Shown here: piece after piece, positions 27,201 to 40,472 of the stretch
How the letters are laid out: each line of letters opens with the position of its first letter
Position numbering within the stretch: position 1 is the first letter of the stretch
Origin: Daphnia carinata
Taxonomy: Eukaryota
Length of the DNA stretch: 64,000 nucleotides
Reading direction: 5' to 3'
Assembly: GCF_022539665.2 (NCBI RefSeq)
Contig: NC_081331.1
Location: 11,594,001-11,658,000 of the forward strand
The notes under the pieces: model-generated
What the model was told of the DNA's origin: nothing
Database searches by the model: none
What the model saw: only the letters and a program-made list of their open reading frames with translations
Translations under genes and position numbers: made by a program

Positions 27201-28132
27201 TGCCTTGCCGAAAACTCGATTGGATGCTGATATGTCACAACGTGTAGCTGCTATGACACTCCCATCTAGGTACGATCACTTTGGGACTTGAAAAGTTGTT
27301 ACAATTTACTAGTTTTTTGGATTATTATTATTTTTTTAATATTATAGAAGGTCTTCTACTAGCTCGTCACCGTCGCCGACATTCCAAATGGAGCGTGTGG
27401 TGGTTCCAGAAGCTGATATGCCAGCTGTAGATACTGGAAGGTTTTTGACACCCTTTGACGTACAAGTATTCAATGTATCAAATCCAGATCATTTTTACGT
27501 CCACTCCGTCCATTCATTGCAGTTACTGAACACGTTAATGCTTCGCCTCAAGGTTCGAATTTCATTTAAACGTACTACAATGTAATCCGAAATAATGTTG
27601 GGTTGTTTGTTTCTAGGAGCATTGCAATCGCGACGAAGTAAAGATTGCCAAACTAGATCCGTCGGCCATCGTAGTGGATGGTTTTTATGCTGCTTGGCAT
27701 TCAAAGACCGAGTCCTACCGTCGGGTCCATGTAACTGGCAAATCGGGATCGATGATTAGTGTCGCTTTTGTCGACCATGGCGAAATCGATGTAGTACCTC
27801 TAAGTGGTATTCGGGCGTTGCTTCCAGAATTCGCGGAACTTCCGGCTCAGGCTATGAAAGCGCAGCTGTTTGGTAAGTAAGTTGATACACACCGTACATG
27901 GTAGATCGTTATTCGTTTTGTTTTAGGTGTTAAACCAACGGCCGGAGATTGGTCTCCTCAGAATGCTCTGTTCTTCAAGCAATTCGTCGATAACAAAGTT
28001 TTTTCGTCTTACATCATGGAAGTGTTGCCAGATAAGACACTTCGTCTGCAGCTAAATGATGTTCTTTCTGGTGAAAAGGATATTGATGTGGCCAAGTACC
28101 TGGTCGAAAATTGCCATGCGACGGTTGCTTAA
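24207..28132 (+). CDS. Tdrd7: LOTUS + multi-Tudor germ-granule protein, TDRD7/tapas-like
   Basis: N-terminal LOTUS (LKEEIHALL...DYKSVCGAILPYRQLGF...LLKSMPDVV), second LOTUS-like segment, three extended Tudor domains (WARV..LVDYAD; WCRM..LMDFGD; YRRV..FVDHGE..LPAQA); stop TAA 28130-28132. Confidence 0.82.
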
Positions 28133-28571
28133 GCAGCTCGTCTTTTCTTCGCCGACCCTCCCTCTTTTTGTTTTGGTTGCATTTATTACTTTGTGAGTTA
28201 TTTTCTCTTCTGCACACAAGCCAGGGTTATGATGGCATCTAAGTCAAAAATTGACTCTTAAGAGATTGTTTTGTTAAAGAAGGAATACCAAGTTTTGTTT
28301 GTTATGGCTCATATTTACCACTTTTGCCTTCTGTCATGTTAACCAAGCAATAACCATCTAATACACTCCAAAATTTAAATTGTGTCATGTGTTGTCATAA
28401 TGAGTATAGGATAAGGAAAAAGATTAGATTTGCCCAACCACTATAACTGTATGTGTTCTGCTTTACACATAGGCATAGCTCCTTGTTGAAGAACTGACAT
28501 CAACAGACTTACTCAGACAATACTATTTTTATTTATAATAATTTTTGCTCTACAAACTTGAGCTCTCATTT

Positions 28572-29123
28572 TTAATGATGATGTTCATCTGCTTTAAGAA
28601 AGCGAAGCCCACAATACCCACAGGAGTGATTGCCAGGTTGATCCAAATTAATGAAAACTTTTGGATGTCCTAGAGGCCCACCACCTCCATCACAAGAGAC
28701 AATCCGTGACTTAACCTCTTTTGGTGGAACCTGGGCAATTAGATCAATTGCAAAGCGGGTATTGACTTCTTTGGAGGCATTTTCGAACCGAACAAGGCGG
28801 AAATCAGCTTCATCCCATTTCTTGAAAAAAAAACATATAAAAATGACACATGAGTCAATGAAAAACCCAGGCGTTAAATCACAATTTTTGAGGTTTCTAT
28901 TTTGAATATTTGGGAAAATTAACTGCTCAGCAGTGCAGTCACAATAAGTTCTGATAAATATTTATATCAGTTTATTTACCTGCCCAGTATGAGTGGGAAT
29001 AACGACTTCCACCGGGTTTTTCAACAATTTGGAGGCGGTTGAAAACGGAATTGCATGCCGAATTGAAGTTTGTCTGAATTGTTTTCCAAGGATGTTCACA
29101 GCACGAAATTTGCTAGTCGCCAT
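28572..29123 (-). CDS. NDUFS6: NADH dehydrogenase (ubiquinone) Fe-S protein 6, two exons
   Basis: THTGQ|KWDEADFRLVRF and zinc-finger motif CDGGGGPLGHPKVFINLD...CGYCGLRF. Confidence 0.95.
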
Positions 29124-29177
29124 TGCAACTGTTGATGGGTAGACCTCTCGTGGGGAAATGAAACAGTAAATGTCGCT

Positions 29178-29425
29178 TATGGCAACCCGTTCCCCCCCTC
29201 CCCCCCCCCAAAAAAAAAAAATATAGATTTTTTCTGTATTACTGCTACTGGTGATTAATGAAAAAATAGCCATTTTCCCGGAATCAGTATTCAATTTTGA
29301 GTAAATCCTGTGATATTCAACCAATTCCAAAGAGTGTTAGTTTTTGCCGAAAAAAATTTTAAGCCCGAATAAATAAGCCCAAGCGCCAGCACGCTACAGC
29401 GCTAGCGCGATGCAGCAGAAATATT
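29178..29425. repeat. Fragment of the MITE/foldback-like repeat family also seen at 48.8-49.4 kb and 54.4-55.0 kb
   Basis: 29258-29376 matches 49275-49394 directly; 29383-29422 is the reverse complement of ~49186-49225; tatggcaacccgtt at ~29178 resembles the palindrome tip tatggcaatccgtt. Confidence 0.8.
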
Positions 29426-29459
29426 CGGTGAGTGTATGTAGAGAATTAACTAGAAATCT

Positions 29460-29560
29460 GACCTGGTAGATGGCGATAGCAGTAAGTAGTAGATTGCCAT
29501 AGTCGCTTCATCTTAGATGTAGCAGACACTTTCGTATTTTTTTTTGACAACCCACGTGTC
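29460..29560 (+). promoter_or_regulatory. NOL10/NDUFS6 divergent promoter elements
   Basis: TAGATGGCG at 29467 and E-box CACGTG at 29553-29558, just upstream of the NOL10 ATG. Myc-type E-boxes are typical of ribosome-biogenesis genes. Confidence 0.5.
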
Positions 29561-29600
29561 TTCGGTGTGAAATCGACAGAGCTTCAGAAACTTCTCAACA

Positions 29601-32572
29601 ATGTTAATTCAAAGCTCCAACAATGTAAAAATTTATAATTTAAGTGCTGGAAAGTCTTTACCAGAGGTACGTAGTTGAGATTTTTTCAGTACAGTTTATT
29701 ACTGTTCGCGTAAATTCCTGTTTTTTATGGTTTTGCCTTGTAAGACGAAACTCATTGTGTTTGCGTCGTAAAATATTTAGCGTATTAGATGTGCTTTAGG
29801 AAAGTTGAACAATTTCCCATCTTTTAAAGCACTTATGTGTTTAAAATGGTATACTTATTTTCTATAGTGGTTATCAGATAGAAAAAAGAGAGCCCTCCAG
29901 AGCAAAGACTTAGACATCAGAAGACGTGTGGAGCTTATTCAAGATTTTGACATGCCAGGGGTCAGCACCTCCATTAAAGTCTCCAAGGATGGAAGATATA
30001 TCATGGCTACAGGCATCTACAAGCCAAGAGTTCGCTGTTATGAAGTGGCAAATCTGTCAATGAAATTTGAAAGGTGTATGGATTCTGAGGTCATCAAATT
30101 TGAAATGCTATCTGAAGACTACAGTAAAGTAGTCTTCTTGCAATGTGATCGTTTTGTCGAATTTCACGCGCAGTATGGCCGCTACTACCGAACTAGAATA
30201 CCAAAATTCGGAAGAGATTTAAAGTATCATTATCAGTCTTGCAATCTCTATATTGTTGGGACAGGGTATATAATAAAATTAAAAGAATTTTTCTTCAGTT
30301 ACTCATAAAATGTTCTTAGGCCAGACGTTTATCGCCTAAATTTGGAAGAAGGAAGATTCTTAAACTCATTTCAAACAGAAGCCACAACTCTTAATGTTTG
30401 TGATATGAATCCGTTTCACCAATTGTTCGTCTGTGGCTCCAAAGAAGGAAAAGTAGAGGCATGGGATCCCCGCGCTAGAAACCGGGTTGGTGTTCTTGAT
30501 TGTGCTTTGCACGCAGTAACGCCTGACACGCAGTATTTACCTCAAATAATTTGTTCGTTATCTATTTTCACTGATTTGCCCAAATTTTCTCAGAGTCCTA
30601 GGTATCCCTCAAGTCACGGCCGTCAAATTTCGTGACGCATTAACAATGGGAGTTGGCACTTCGACTGGCCAGATACTTCTTTACGATTTGCGATCCAATC
30701 GGCCAACAAGAGTTAAAGATCACCGATACGGACTCCCCATCAAAACCGTCGATTTTCATCATCTAAACCATGATTTAGTTGCATCGATGGACTCGAGAAT
30801 AGTTCGCCTGTGGGATCGAAATACGGTAAATTCAATTCAAACAAACCTATACCAGACCTTTTAGCATCAAACGCCTTTATCTATGACCATAGGGTGAACC
30901 TTATGTGTCCGTCGAAGCCACATCGGATCTTAATGATCTATGCTTAGTACCCAACAGTGGGATGATGTTCATGGCTACTGAAGACAAGAAAATGCTAACT
31001 TACTACATCCCGAATCTGGGCCCAGCTCCACGTTGGTGTAGTTTCCTTGATTCGCTAACAGAAGAATTGGAAGAAGGAGAAACTGCCGCCGTTTACGACG
31101 ATTATAAATTCCTGACCGTTGAGGAGTTGCACGACCTGGGGTTCTCTCACCTAATCGGTAGGGTAATATTTGATTATGACACCTTTCACTTTTATTTATA
31201 ATATTTTTTTTTTTTTAGGAACCAACTTATTACGAGCCTACATGCATGGATATTTTATTGATATGCGACTTTACCGTAAAGCCAAATCCATCATCGAACC
31301 TTTATCACTAACACGATATAAACAAAATAAAGTCAAGGAAACAATTGATCAACAACGTTCCAGCAGAGTTCAGTTACAAGTAATGCAACAAAGATAATTC
31401 AGGGTTTGCCTCCTATATATAATCAATTAATTTCGCCCTAGAAACTCCCTGCGGTAAACCGCGAGCTGGCGCTCAAGCTTATGGAAGACACTAAGGCGGT
31501 TGACGATGCTGAAGCAGTTGGAAAAAAGAGTGCTGCGAAATTGCTCATGAAATCCAATATTCTGAACGATTCGCGTTTCAAAGACCTTTTCGTGAACCCG
31601 AACTTCCAAATTGACAAATCCTCCGAAGAATTCAGGTATTCAAAAAATCAGAAATACAATTTATCACTGCTGTGTACATTTGTCACACATCTACTTATTA
31701 TACAGGTTACTTAACCCTGCAGTCTCACGTTTGGACAAAATCCGAGAAAAACGTATCAAAAAGGCTCTTGTTGAAGACCAGTTTGAACCCGTCGAGGTAA
31801 AACAACACAATTACAATTGTTTCGAGTTATAAAGGAATTACTTGCGTTTTTCTAGGGAGCAAGTGTACAGAATCCACTTTTGGACGACGAGTTTTCCGAC
31901 AGTGAAAGAAAGGGTCGCAAACGAACGATTTCGGTAAATTTCTACTAGATATGCGTACGCTGGGGAAAATTTAGATTTTTTCATTTCTTTTCCATTTAGC
32001 AAAGTGACGCCAGCAGTAGCAGCTCTGATGACGAAAGTCTCAGAAATGAAATAAAGTTACAACATAAAATAATCAGAGACGAAAAATTTCAAAAGAGACG
32101 ATTAGAGAGAGAACAAGAGAAGCTCGAAGGGCCTAAGTTCATGGCGCTTAAGCCTGGGCAAAAATTTCAGGGTTTTCGCTCTGCGAACGACCAACCTAAG
32201 AAGAAACTGGCTAGGTATCAATATTTGTCACTATTTTTAAAGTATGTTTTTCCGATATTTAATTTTGTTCCTCTTTCTACTCAGGGCTTCTCTTGGTGAG
32301 AGAATTCATCTAGAGGAGGATGTAAACAAGATAAAGCTTGCTCCATCTGCTGGGTCTAGAGAGATGACATTTACTCTTCCACAGGTGGGTGCAGAGTTAT
32401 TAACCCTTCACGTACTGTTTTATGGATTCCTTTTTTTTCCTTTTAGAGTGAACGTGTCACGAAAGCCAGAGAACAAGCACAGCATCATCACGAAGAGCGT
32501 CGAAAAATCATACGATCTGCCAACCATTTGAGAACACGAGGACGCGGACGAGGTGGTCGTGGAAGATTTTGA
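29601..32572 (+). CDS. NOL10: Nucleolar protein 10 (Enp2 homologue)
   Basis: NNVKIYNLSAGKSLPEW, ELIQDFDMP, GIYKPRVRCY, LGPAPRWCSFLDSLTEELEE, LLRAYMHGYF, NUC153 (DSRFKDLFVNPNFQID); stop TGA 32570-32572. Confidence 0.96.
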
Positions 32573-32802
32573 TATAAAACTTTTGTCAAATAAACAAGAC
32601 ATATTACGTTTACGGTTGTATAACCTTATTTTTATTATTCCTACAGATGAGTCGAAGTTGTAATGACTCGAATGTACAGTCGCTATTTCAACAGGATCTT
32701 GGGTGTTCAAACCAACGATTGTTGATGGTGTCAGGAAGAACTTAGATTGCACCATTCTTCCTTCTCCATTTGATAAAAAGTATTTTATGTAGTTGAAACA
32801 TT

Positions 32803-34055
32803 CTATTCGGATTTAGGCTTGTAAACAATTTTCCTGGTTTTGATAACACTCCACTTGTGACGTTTCCAGTAGTATGCTACTGAAATTAAGAAAGAGAATA
32901 GCATAAGAGCCTTCAAAGCCATCTTCTTGCGATCGTCGTGCTCTGGCTCAGCTGACCACTTGAGGAAGGTTGACACGTCTTTAGCCATTTGGCTGGCAGT
33001 GGCTGGCGTTCCATCCGAATACTCGATCAGCTGGAGATATGAAGCTTATCTAACGGGTTATTTACTTAAAGAACTATAATTGACATTTACCTCGTTGTAA
33101 AGGGCTTGGGCCATGCCAATGGCACCACCCGGGAAATACGGATTGTAATAAAGGCCATCGCGCAACGTAATACCACCTGGTGGATCGGTGTAACCAGTCA
33201 ACAAGGAGAACAAATAGTCTTCTCCTCCGTGACGAGCAGCAGTGATGTAGGTTAGATCAGGTGGAAGTGCACCATTGTTGGCATTTCTTGCAGCTTCTTC
33301 ATTAGCATATGGACTTGGAAATCTATCAGAAAGCTTGCCTGGTCGCTGGAACATAAGGCCTTCTTCATTTGGCCCATCCATAACCTGCATATCGGATAAC
33401 AGTAAACTTTCCTGAACGCCTGAGAATACCTCACACTATGTAGACCTGAATAGAAGCTGCTTCCTCTTTGGCTTCTTCTTCAGTATGACTGACATCAATC
33501 AAGTTACGATAAGCCAAATATTTCATACTATGGCAAGCAGAGCAAACTTGCTTGTACACTTCGTAGCCGCGGCGAATACTATACATTAAAGATTATGTAA
33601 TTTGATACATTTTACAAGCTTTAATTCATTATACCTAGCATGATCTAAGGAAGAAAATATCCCATTATGGCTCCATGGAAAATGAGGAGCATGTAAATCC
33701 AGTCCTGAAGCCTTTACCGATTGGTCCAAGGTGTATGCCAACCCAGCAGCACCTCCGATCAGTGACCCCACCACCACTAGTCCCTAAGAAAGAAAAATAC
33801 TGTATGCTCAAACCTTTTGAGGATTTCGATTGAACGTGATTAGTACAAGGTTAATCCTACCGCTTTTTTGCCGCCCGAGAGCTCACGCAGGGTAGATAGA
33901 TGGGATTGCTGAAAGTGCAGAGTTGAATGTTACTTATCTTGTTGGAATATTATGTGGAACCTGATTCCAAGAAAATACGAACATACCTGGATAATACCAT
34001 TGCTTTGGACTCGAAGTAGCCCAGACTTAACGAATTTACCCGCTACTCCGGCCAT
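32803..34055 (-). CDS. CYC1: Cytochrome c1, mitochondrial complex III
   Basis: [17 protein letters not shown] heme motif, [38 protein letters not shown] plus TM helix. Confidence 0.97.
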
Positions 34056-34179
34056 CTTTGATGAATCTTTCGGGATCACAAACTTTTTTCGGTCGTCCCA
34101 AGCATAGAGAAAGAGACAGAGTAGCACATCGAAAAGAAAGAAACATTTTCCGATTGCCTGTGCATAGTATACGAAGGCA

Positions 34180-34300
34180 GTTGGCTGAATGTACCCGATT
34201 GGCTAATGGCTCACGCCTTCGTCACCTGATGAAAAAATACAGCCAATAGCGTGCAGTCCGGCTAGCCCAAGTTAGAGTGAACGACGCCCCTTCCCTATTG
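34180..34300. promoter_or_regulatory. CCAAT-box cluster in the CYC1/Lsm14 divergent intergenic region
   Basis: ATTGG at ~34198, CCAAT at ~34243 and ATTGG at ~34296 within ~100 bp upstream of CYC1. Confidence 0.45.
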
Positions 34301-35217
34301 GCGCCATGCGTTGATATCGTGGAAGGTTCAATTTGTTCACGCCCCCACGTAAGCGAGATCGTAAAGTTGCCTCTAGGAAGTGTAGGAAAACCTTGGTCTT
34401 AACTCTCTTTCTCCATGACACAAGTTACGTACAGCGTTGGCATGTTCAAGCAAATCGTATCGTTACGTGAAAATTTTTGTTTCATTTGTATTTTGCATTT
34501 CGTTAATTGGCCGATTTCATTCACTCGCTATAGTGTGTTTAACTATTACAAGTAACTAATTTGAAATTAAAATGTCATTTACTAGTAAACCTAGTGATAT
34601 TATATATTGAAAACTATATCCTTGGTTTTAAATTTCGGATGAAGTTCATTTACGAATTTTATTGTTATTTTATTTGTTGCCACTGTTACTATTACCCATT
34701 TACACAATTATATGTTTATGTCTCCTTTAATTCTCAATCGATCTGAGCAACCCTTGCTGGTTTTTTGGTTGTTTGCTTTTTTAGACTCTGGATTTGGTTC
34801 TTGGAGTAAATTGGTGAGTTTGGATCAAATAAGAACCAGAAGACAGCGCTTTTTTAAAAAAGAATACATCTAAGCTAAAGAAAATAATGCCTGTACTTGT
34901 AAAAATTGGTAAAAATCCTCAAAGAAAACAGACTTTGTAGACGTATTTTCATTCCCAAAACATTATAAAGCCTCACCCCGCACGCTGGTACTGGCAGGCG
35001 TTAATACACAAAAAGCTAAATCTGGCAATGCCTACCCAAACAACATAAAGAAAAAGAAAAAAAAATCTTCTTAGAAATTGGCGTTCTGAAAGTTTTTCAT
35101 TCAGCTGTTCGAGCACCGGTGCGACCGATTCGATTAAGGCAAAAGAAAAGAAAGACTTATCCGAATTCATCGAGTTGGAACGGAAATTGTGTGGCCAATA
35201 AAGGCTGAATTTCGAAA

Positions 35218-37851
35218 ATGAGTAAAGCTATGCAGTTGTTGGGCAGTAAAATCAGCCTCATCTCCAAGTCGGAGATCCGTTACGAAGGGATTCTATTCAC
35301 ACTCAATCCCAATGAATCGACTTTGGCTCTGGCTAAAGGTAAGCATTCTTGTTTTTGATGTAGGAAAAATGTCTTTTAAATTAAAGAAAAAAATAATTTA
35401 AGTTGTGTTCCAACAAACAGTGAGAAACATTGCTTGTCATTATTCTTCTGACCACCAATATCTCAAAGTGTTTTTCTGTCAGTAGTATCAAAAGGAAGTT
35501 GTTGCATTTTAGTACAGACCTAAGTTCTGATTAACACTGATTGTGTCATTTAATTATGTTGTTATTAGACTCTTACACTTTTTTCTTTTTTTTCTAGTGC
35601 GTATGTTTGGAACGGAAAACCGACCAACAGACAATCCTGTTGCTGCAAGAGATGAGGTGTTCGAGTTCATCATCTTCCGTGGTCAGGACATCAAAGACAT
35701 CCGCCTTTGTGAGCCACCAACACCACAACCTACTATGCCTGGAACTCTGCCCTATGATCCAGCCATTGTTCAGGCATGTTGGCAAAAAAATTGTTTGTTA
35801 CCATTTATGACAATATTTTTTGTGTGGTTAATTTAGCATTCAGTCCCTGGTGTTGGATCCCTTGGAGCAACAGGGCTTCAACAGCCAACTGGACTTGCTG
35901 GTAGCATCATGAGGCCTAATTTTGGACCATTGGGTGGTCTGAATCCCTATCCAGTTAGTAATTTGTGTTATAGTTCAAATGAAAATTGTTTCTAATAGAT
36001 AATTGTAGAATCTAGATGGTGGGGCTACTGGTGGCCCCCTGGGACAGCTAGGCAACCTTATGGCACCAGGCTTAGGTGCAGGACTAGGAGGTAAGTTTTG
36101 TTTCTGGGTGCTGTGTGGCAGACTTTGATGTGATTTATTGAAAAGGTTTGGCTGGTGGATTGGGACTGAGTGGAGCCGCCGCTGTTGCAGCAGCCAGTGA
36201 GTTACCCCTTTCCCCTCACGGCGATATGCCCCCTCACCCGGATCATTTGTCCGAGGGAGACCAAGGTACAAGGCCAAGGACTTTGCCTATAAAGTGTCTT
36301 GTCTAGTGCATGATAATTGTTTGCTTGATTTCTACTCACCTGCATGCCCAATCTATAGCTGATTCTACTGCGTTGCGTGAGCATGCGAGTGTTCCTTTTT
36401 TTTTCTTTTGCAGCTTTGGCTTTGTCCTTTGGTGGCTTTGGTCTGTAGTTGTTGATGGTTGCGATCTGTGTCTAATCTTTTGAATCGTTTCATGTGACAT
36501 TATTTGCCTCAGATTTGTTGGGCGGAGTAGGAAGATCCAATAACTCAACGCCAGTTGGAGGCGCTTCAGGAACAACGAGCCAGTCAAGGAAATCTCCTTT
36601 ACTGGGTGACAAAGAGGATAATCAACGAACAAGCAGCCGCGGCTCTGGAGGTGGTGGTCGTTCTCAACAGAATGATCGCAGCCAACAACAACGTGGTGGA
36701 AATGGAAGATCAAATTCTCGTGGTCGTGCACGCGGAAACAACGCTGGTGGTAATCAGAATGCTGATCGCAGAGATGGTAACCGATCTCAAGGGGGACATC
36801 CTCAAGGTTCGTTCAATCGATTTGCAAGCAATTTCAATAATCGATCAAAGGGGCCCCTAAAGTTTGATGAAGATTATGATTTTGAGTCTGCCAACGTGAA
36901 GGTAAACCATAGATGTGTTATTCGAGCATTCACTTGCTAAACCGTCATGTCTATTAGTTTGAAGAACTGAAAAACAAAATGGGCAAAATGAAAATTGGCG
37001 GTGACACCGTACTTGTGCTTAGCGGCCCTCCTGGATCTACCGTAGAAGGGGAGAAGAAAGAAAAATCAGAAGGCGAACCCACCGAAGCGGTTACAAATTC
37101 AGGTGACGGTGAAGCTTCGACAGAAGCTTTGGTTTCGGTTTCGCCTAATGATGATGGAAAAGTTCCTGAATCTCCAGTAAAGCCCATCTGCTACGATAAG
37201 ACGCGTTCGTTCTTTGACTCCATTAGCTGTGAAGCTGTAGAGCGGAGCAAGGGGTGAGTAAATTTCGCAAAGTTTTCTATTGATAAGTTGCGATTAACAA
37301 ATTATTCTTGAATGTATTATTCAAGTAGCAATACGCAGCGGACAGATTGGCGCCAGGAGCGTAAATTGAATGCCGAAACCTTTGGACTGCCGTTTAACCA
37401 GCGCCGAGGCGGATTTAACCGTGGAGGCGGTGGTGGACGAGGTTACTATGGAGGACGAGGAGGCGGAGGTGGGGGGTATTACCGCCAGCAGAGCAATGAT
37501 GGCGGTTACCAGCAACGTGATGGTTACCAGCAGCGTGAGGGCGGTTATCAGAACCGAGATGTAGGTTATCAACAGCGTGATGGTGGATTTCAGCAGAGGG
37601 ATGGAGGTTACCAACAAAGAGATGGAGGTTATCAACAGCGAAGTGGTTATCGAGGATCAGGTGGATACAGAGGTGGCCGTAGCGCGCGAGGTGGTAATGG
37701 TGGTGGAGGCAATAGAGATTCTGAATCCACCGGCCAGTCAAGAGGAGGATATAACCAGAGAAGGACCTGGGTAAGTAGTAATACTAAATCTCGTCAAACT
37801 TTTACTCATATTTATTTCCTTATGTAGCAACAACAAGAGAATCGAACGTAA
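35218..37851 (+). CDS. tral: Lsm14/trailer hitch (Scd6/RAP55) P-body protein
   Basis: Lsm domain ([19 protein letters not shown]...[10 protein letters not shown]), FDF ([13 protein letters not shown]), FFD ([13 protein letters not shown]), TFG ([10 protein letters not shown]) and RGG regions. Confidence 0.96.
37501..37641 (+). repeat. Coding ~21 bp tandem repeat (GGYQQRD-like, 7 units) in the Lsm14 C-terminus
   Basis: [47 protein letters not shown]. Confidence 0.85.
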
Positions 37852-38150
37852 AATTGTTCGTTTACTGGCTGCTGAAGCATACTTGAAACGCTGAATGATT
37901 CTGTCGAACATTTGATGAGGGATATGGGGGGCATTTGGTGTGAGAGGTTTCAGTTTGGTAGAGTTGGAAAACGGCGTCGGATAAGTGATGATTGGTGCGC
38001 GCGGGTGTACAGTTTTGTTTGGTTTGTCTCGCCGTTGGAGTGAAGTGATCGTAACTCTTGTTGGGCCCTCCTCTCTTCGCGGACGGATCGTTCTTTGCGT
38101 CTCTTCAAGTCTAAGTAGCCGGAAATTGAAGAACGAATTTTCCACGTTTT

Positions 38151-38182
<32 letters not shown>

Positions 38183-39769
38183 CTATTGCTGTGAGGATCG
38201 ATGGATTTACCTTTGGATTTAACACCTGGAACAGAAGGAAGTTGAAATTTTCGTTTTTCTTTTGTTTATTTCTCACCTGTTAATTTCCTTAATTATTGTA
38301 GAGACTTTTGACTCTTGTTTTTTTCTTTTTCTCGTCTATTCATATTTTGCATCTGCCCCCAGTTCACTCAGTTTCTCCCAACTGCCTCCTTTACATTGTT
38401 CCCGTCCCCTTTCCAATATTTCTGAATGAATGTGCGTGGGGTGTAATGATTAAAAGTCATGTAATTGAGCAAGATGGTCAACTTTGTCAGGATTGCAAAG
38501 ATGTGCTACGCTTCGGAACCGCGAGTGATTTTTACACGCCGTGGCAAATCGTAAATTTTCGTATTGTACGCGACTCGCGCCTCGTCCATACTTTTTGGTA
38601 AACATAATTCCACGACTTGTGAAGAATACCGGCAAATGGCACTCGACCGGCTTCTGTATTGTTTATCTGCTCCTATATCGTGGGCATGTACTCAAAACTC
38701 GTAAAAAAACAGAAGCACAATAAAATATAAAACGTCGTGTAACCACTTTGTATTTTGTGTGTAATTCAATTCGTTTATTTTTGGATATATCAGCGACTGT
38801 AATGTTCCACGTAACATTTAATTGCGCAATGGAAAATAAGTGAGGATTTCAGTCTGTTGATGCCACTGTATTGATAACAGTAATCACTACTGAGCAACTA
38901 ATCATCAAGCACACCTGGAAATTAGTAAATTAAGATTTTAAAAATTCCTGGATCGAAAATAAATTCTGACATTGGGGTCTCGTCTCCTGTTATTATCGAT
39001 AGAATTTTTTTTACTCGTTTATTGTACCACCAAAGCTTGACTACAGTGTTAAAACAAAAATATAAATTAGTAATTTTCAGATTATGGTTCTTGGCCGTTT
39101 GGCATTGGTTGCATGACTAGTGCTTCTGGGCTGTCGCCTATTGGTGTACTTCTTGAATGAGTATTGATGAGTACTAATATAGCAGTAGAATACTAGGTTT
39201 AATTATAAATTAGAAAATGAACATGAAAATTATGAGAATCATTAGTTTTAATTTCTATGTAACAGATGAAAACACATTTGAACTGTTTATTCTTCGTCGT
39301 TGGAGAATAGTTATCCAAACTGCATTTTCGAATCGAAATCCAGTAGATTAGCATTTGATGTTTGCCTTCCCCTTCCCAGAGATGTGAGAAGGCAACATGC
39401 AGTGCTCTCGTTATATATCCTGTTGTTTGTTTTTTTGTAATTTTTACAGCGGATGGAGGATAACTTCTGTTTATTTTTTTTTTTTGGCAAATGAAAAATG
39501 AATCAACGTACATTTTATGACATAATGGAATGACCCAGTGAACACTGTATGGCGCCACAATGAACAATATTCGCCAATGTCGGATCTCGGACTGTTGTGC
39601 CTCTGCCGGCGTGAAACGCAGAATCCAAGACGACAAGAAAGCCTTGCCTGACCGGCATACACAGTCATCCGACTACAGCAACCGATTCCACGTCATTTGA
39701 CAAGTGCAAAAGCGTTGTGAAGAAACCTTTAAGTATCAAGTATTATTGTCTCCTTTTTTTTGTTGAAGA

Positions 39770-40472
39770 ATGGCCTCAGCTGTTTGTGTATTGTTGGGAG
39801 AAAACGTGAAAGGCGTTCTGCACTTTGACCAACAGGTAGGACCATACATGAATTTTCCAAGCTTTTCTCGTAATTCATTGCTAGTTTAGTTGAGTTTCGA
39901 TTAACTATATATTTTGCTATATCATGTATGAATAATGTCGATATGTACTCATTATCAGGGAGATGTTGTCAATGTTAAAGGAGAAGTAACTGGATTAACT
40001 CCTGGTGATCATGGATTTCATGTCCATGAATTTGGTGACTACACCAATGGTATCCAGTTGTTGTTATTTCAGTCTCTTAGTATGCTCTATACATTGTCAG
40101 TTTGGCTTGACAGGCTGCATGTCTGCCGGACCCCACTTTAACCCAACTGCTGTTGAACATGGTGGTCCAACTGATCAGGTTCGTCATGTTGGTGATCTTG
40201 GAAACATTGTAGCAAATGAAGCAGGTGTTGCCACTGTGGATATCAAGGATTCCTTGCTATCCTTATCTGGTGCTAATGGAATAATAGGTCGCACTCTTGT
40301 GGTAATAGAATTTCCATGTATTTTTGGTACTTGTTTTTGCTAACGGAAGTCAACATCTTCCCAGGTTCATGCTGATTCTGATGATTTGGGCAAGGGAGGC
40401 CATGAATTGAGCAAAGTCACTGGTAATGCGGGTGCCCGTGTCGCCTGCGGAATTATTGGCATTGGAAAGTGA
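39770..40472 (+). CDS. Sod1: Cytosolic Cu/Zn superoxide dismutase, copy A (4 exons)
   Basis: [47 protein letters not shown]; no signal peptide. Confidence 0.95.

Noticed and set aside
36225..36320. H/ACA snoRNA in the Lsm14 intron (hairpin-AGACCA-hairpin)
   Set aside because: No ACA box at the expected position, and the first hairpin is explained equally well by the in-frame exon extension.
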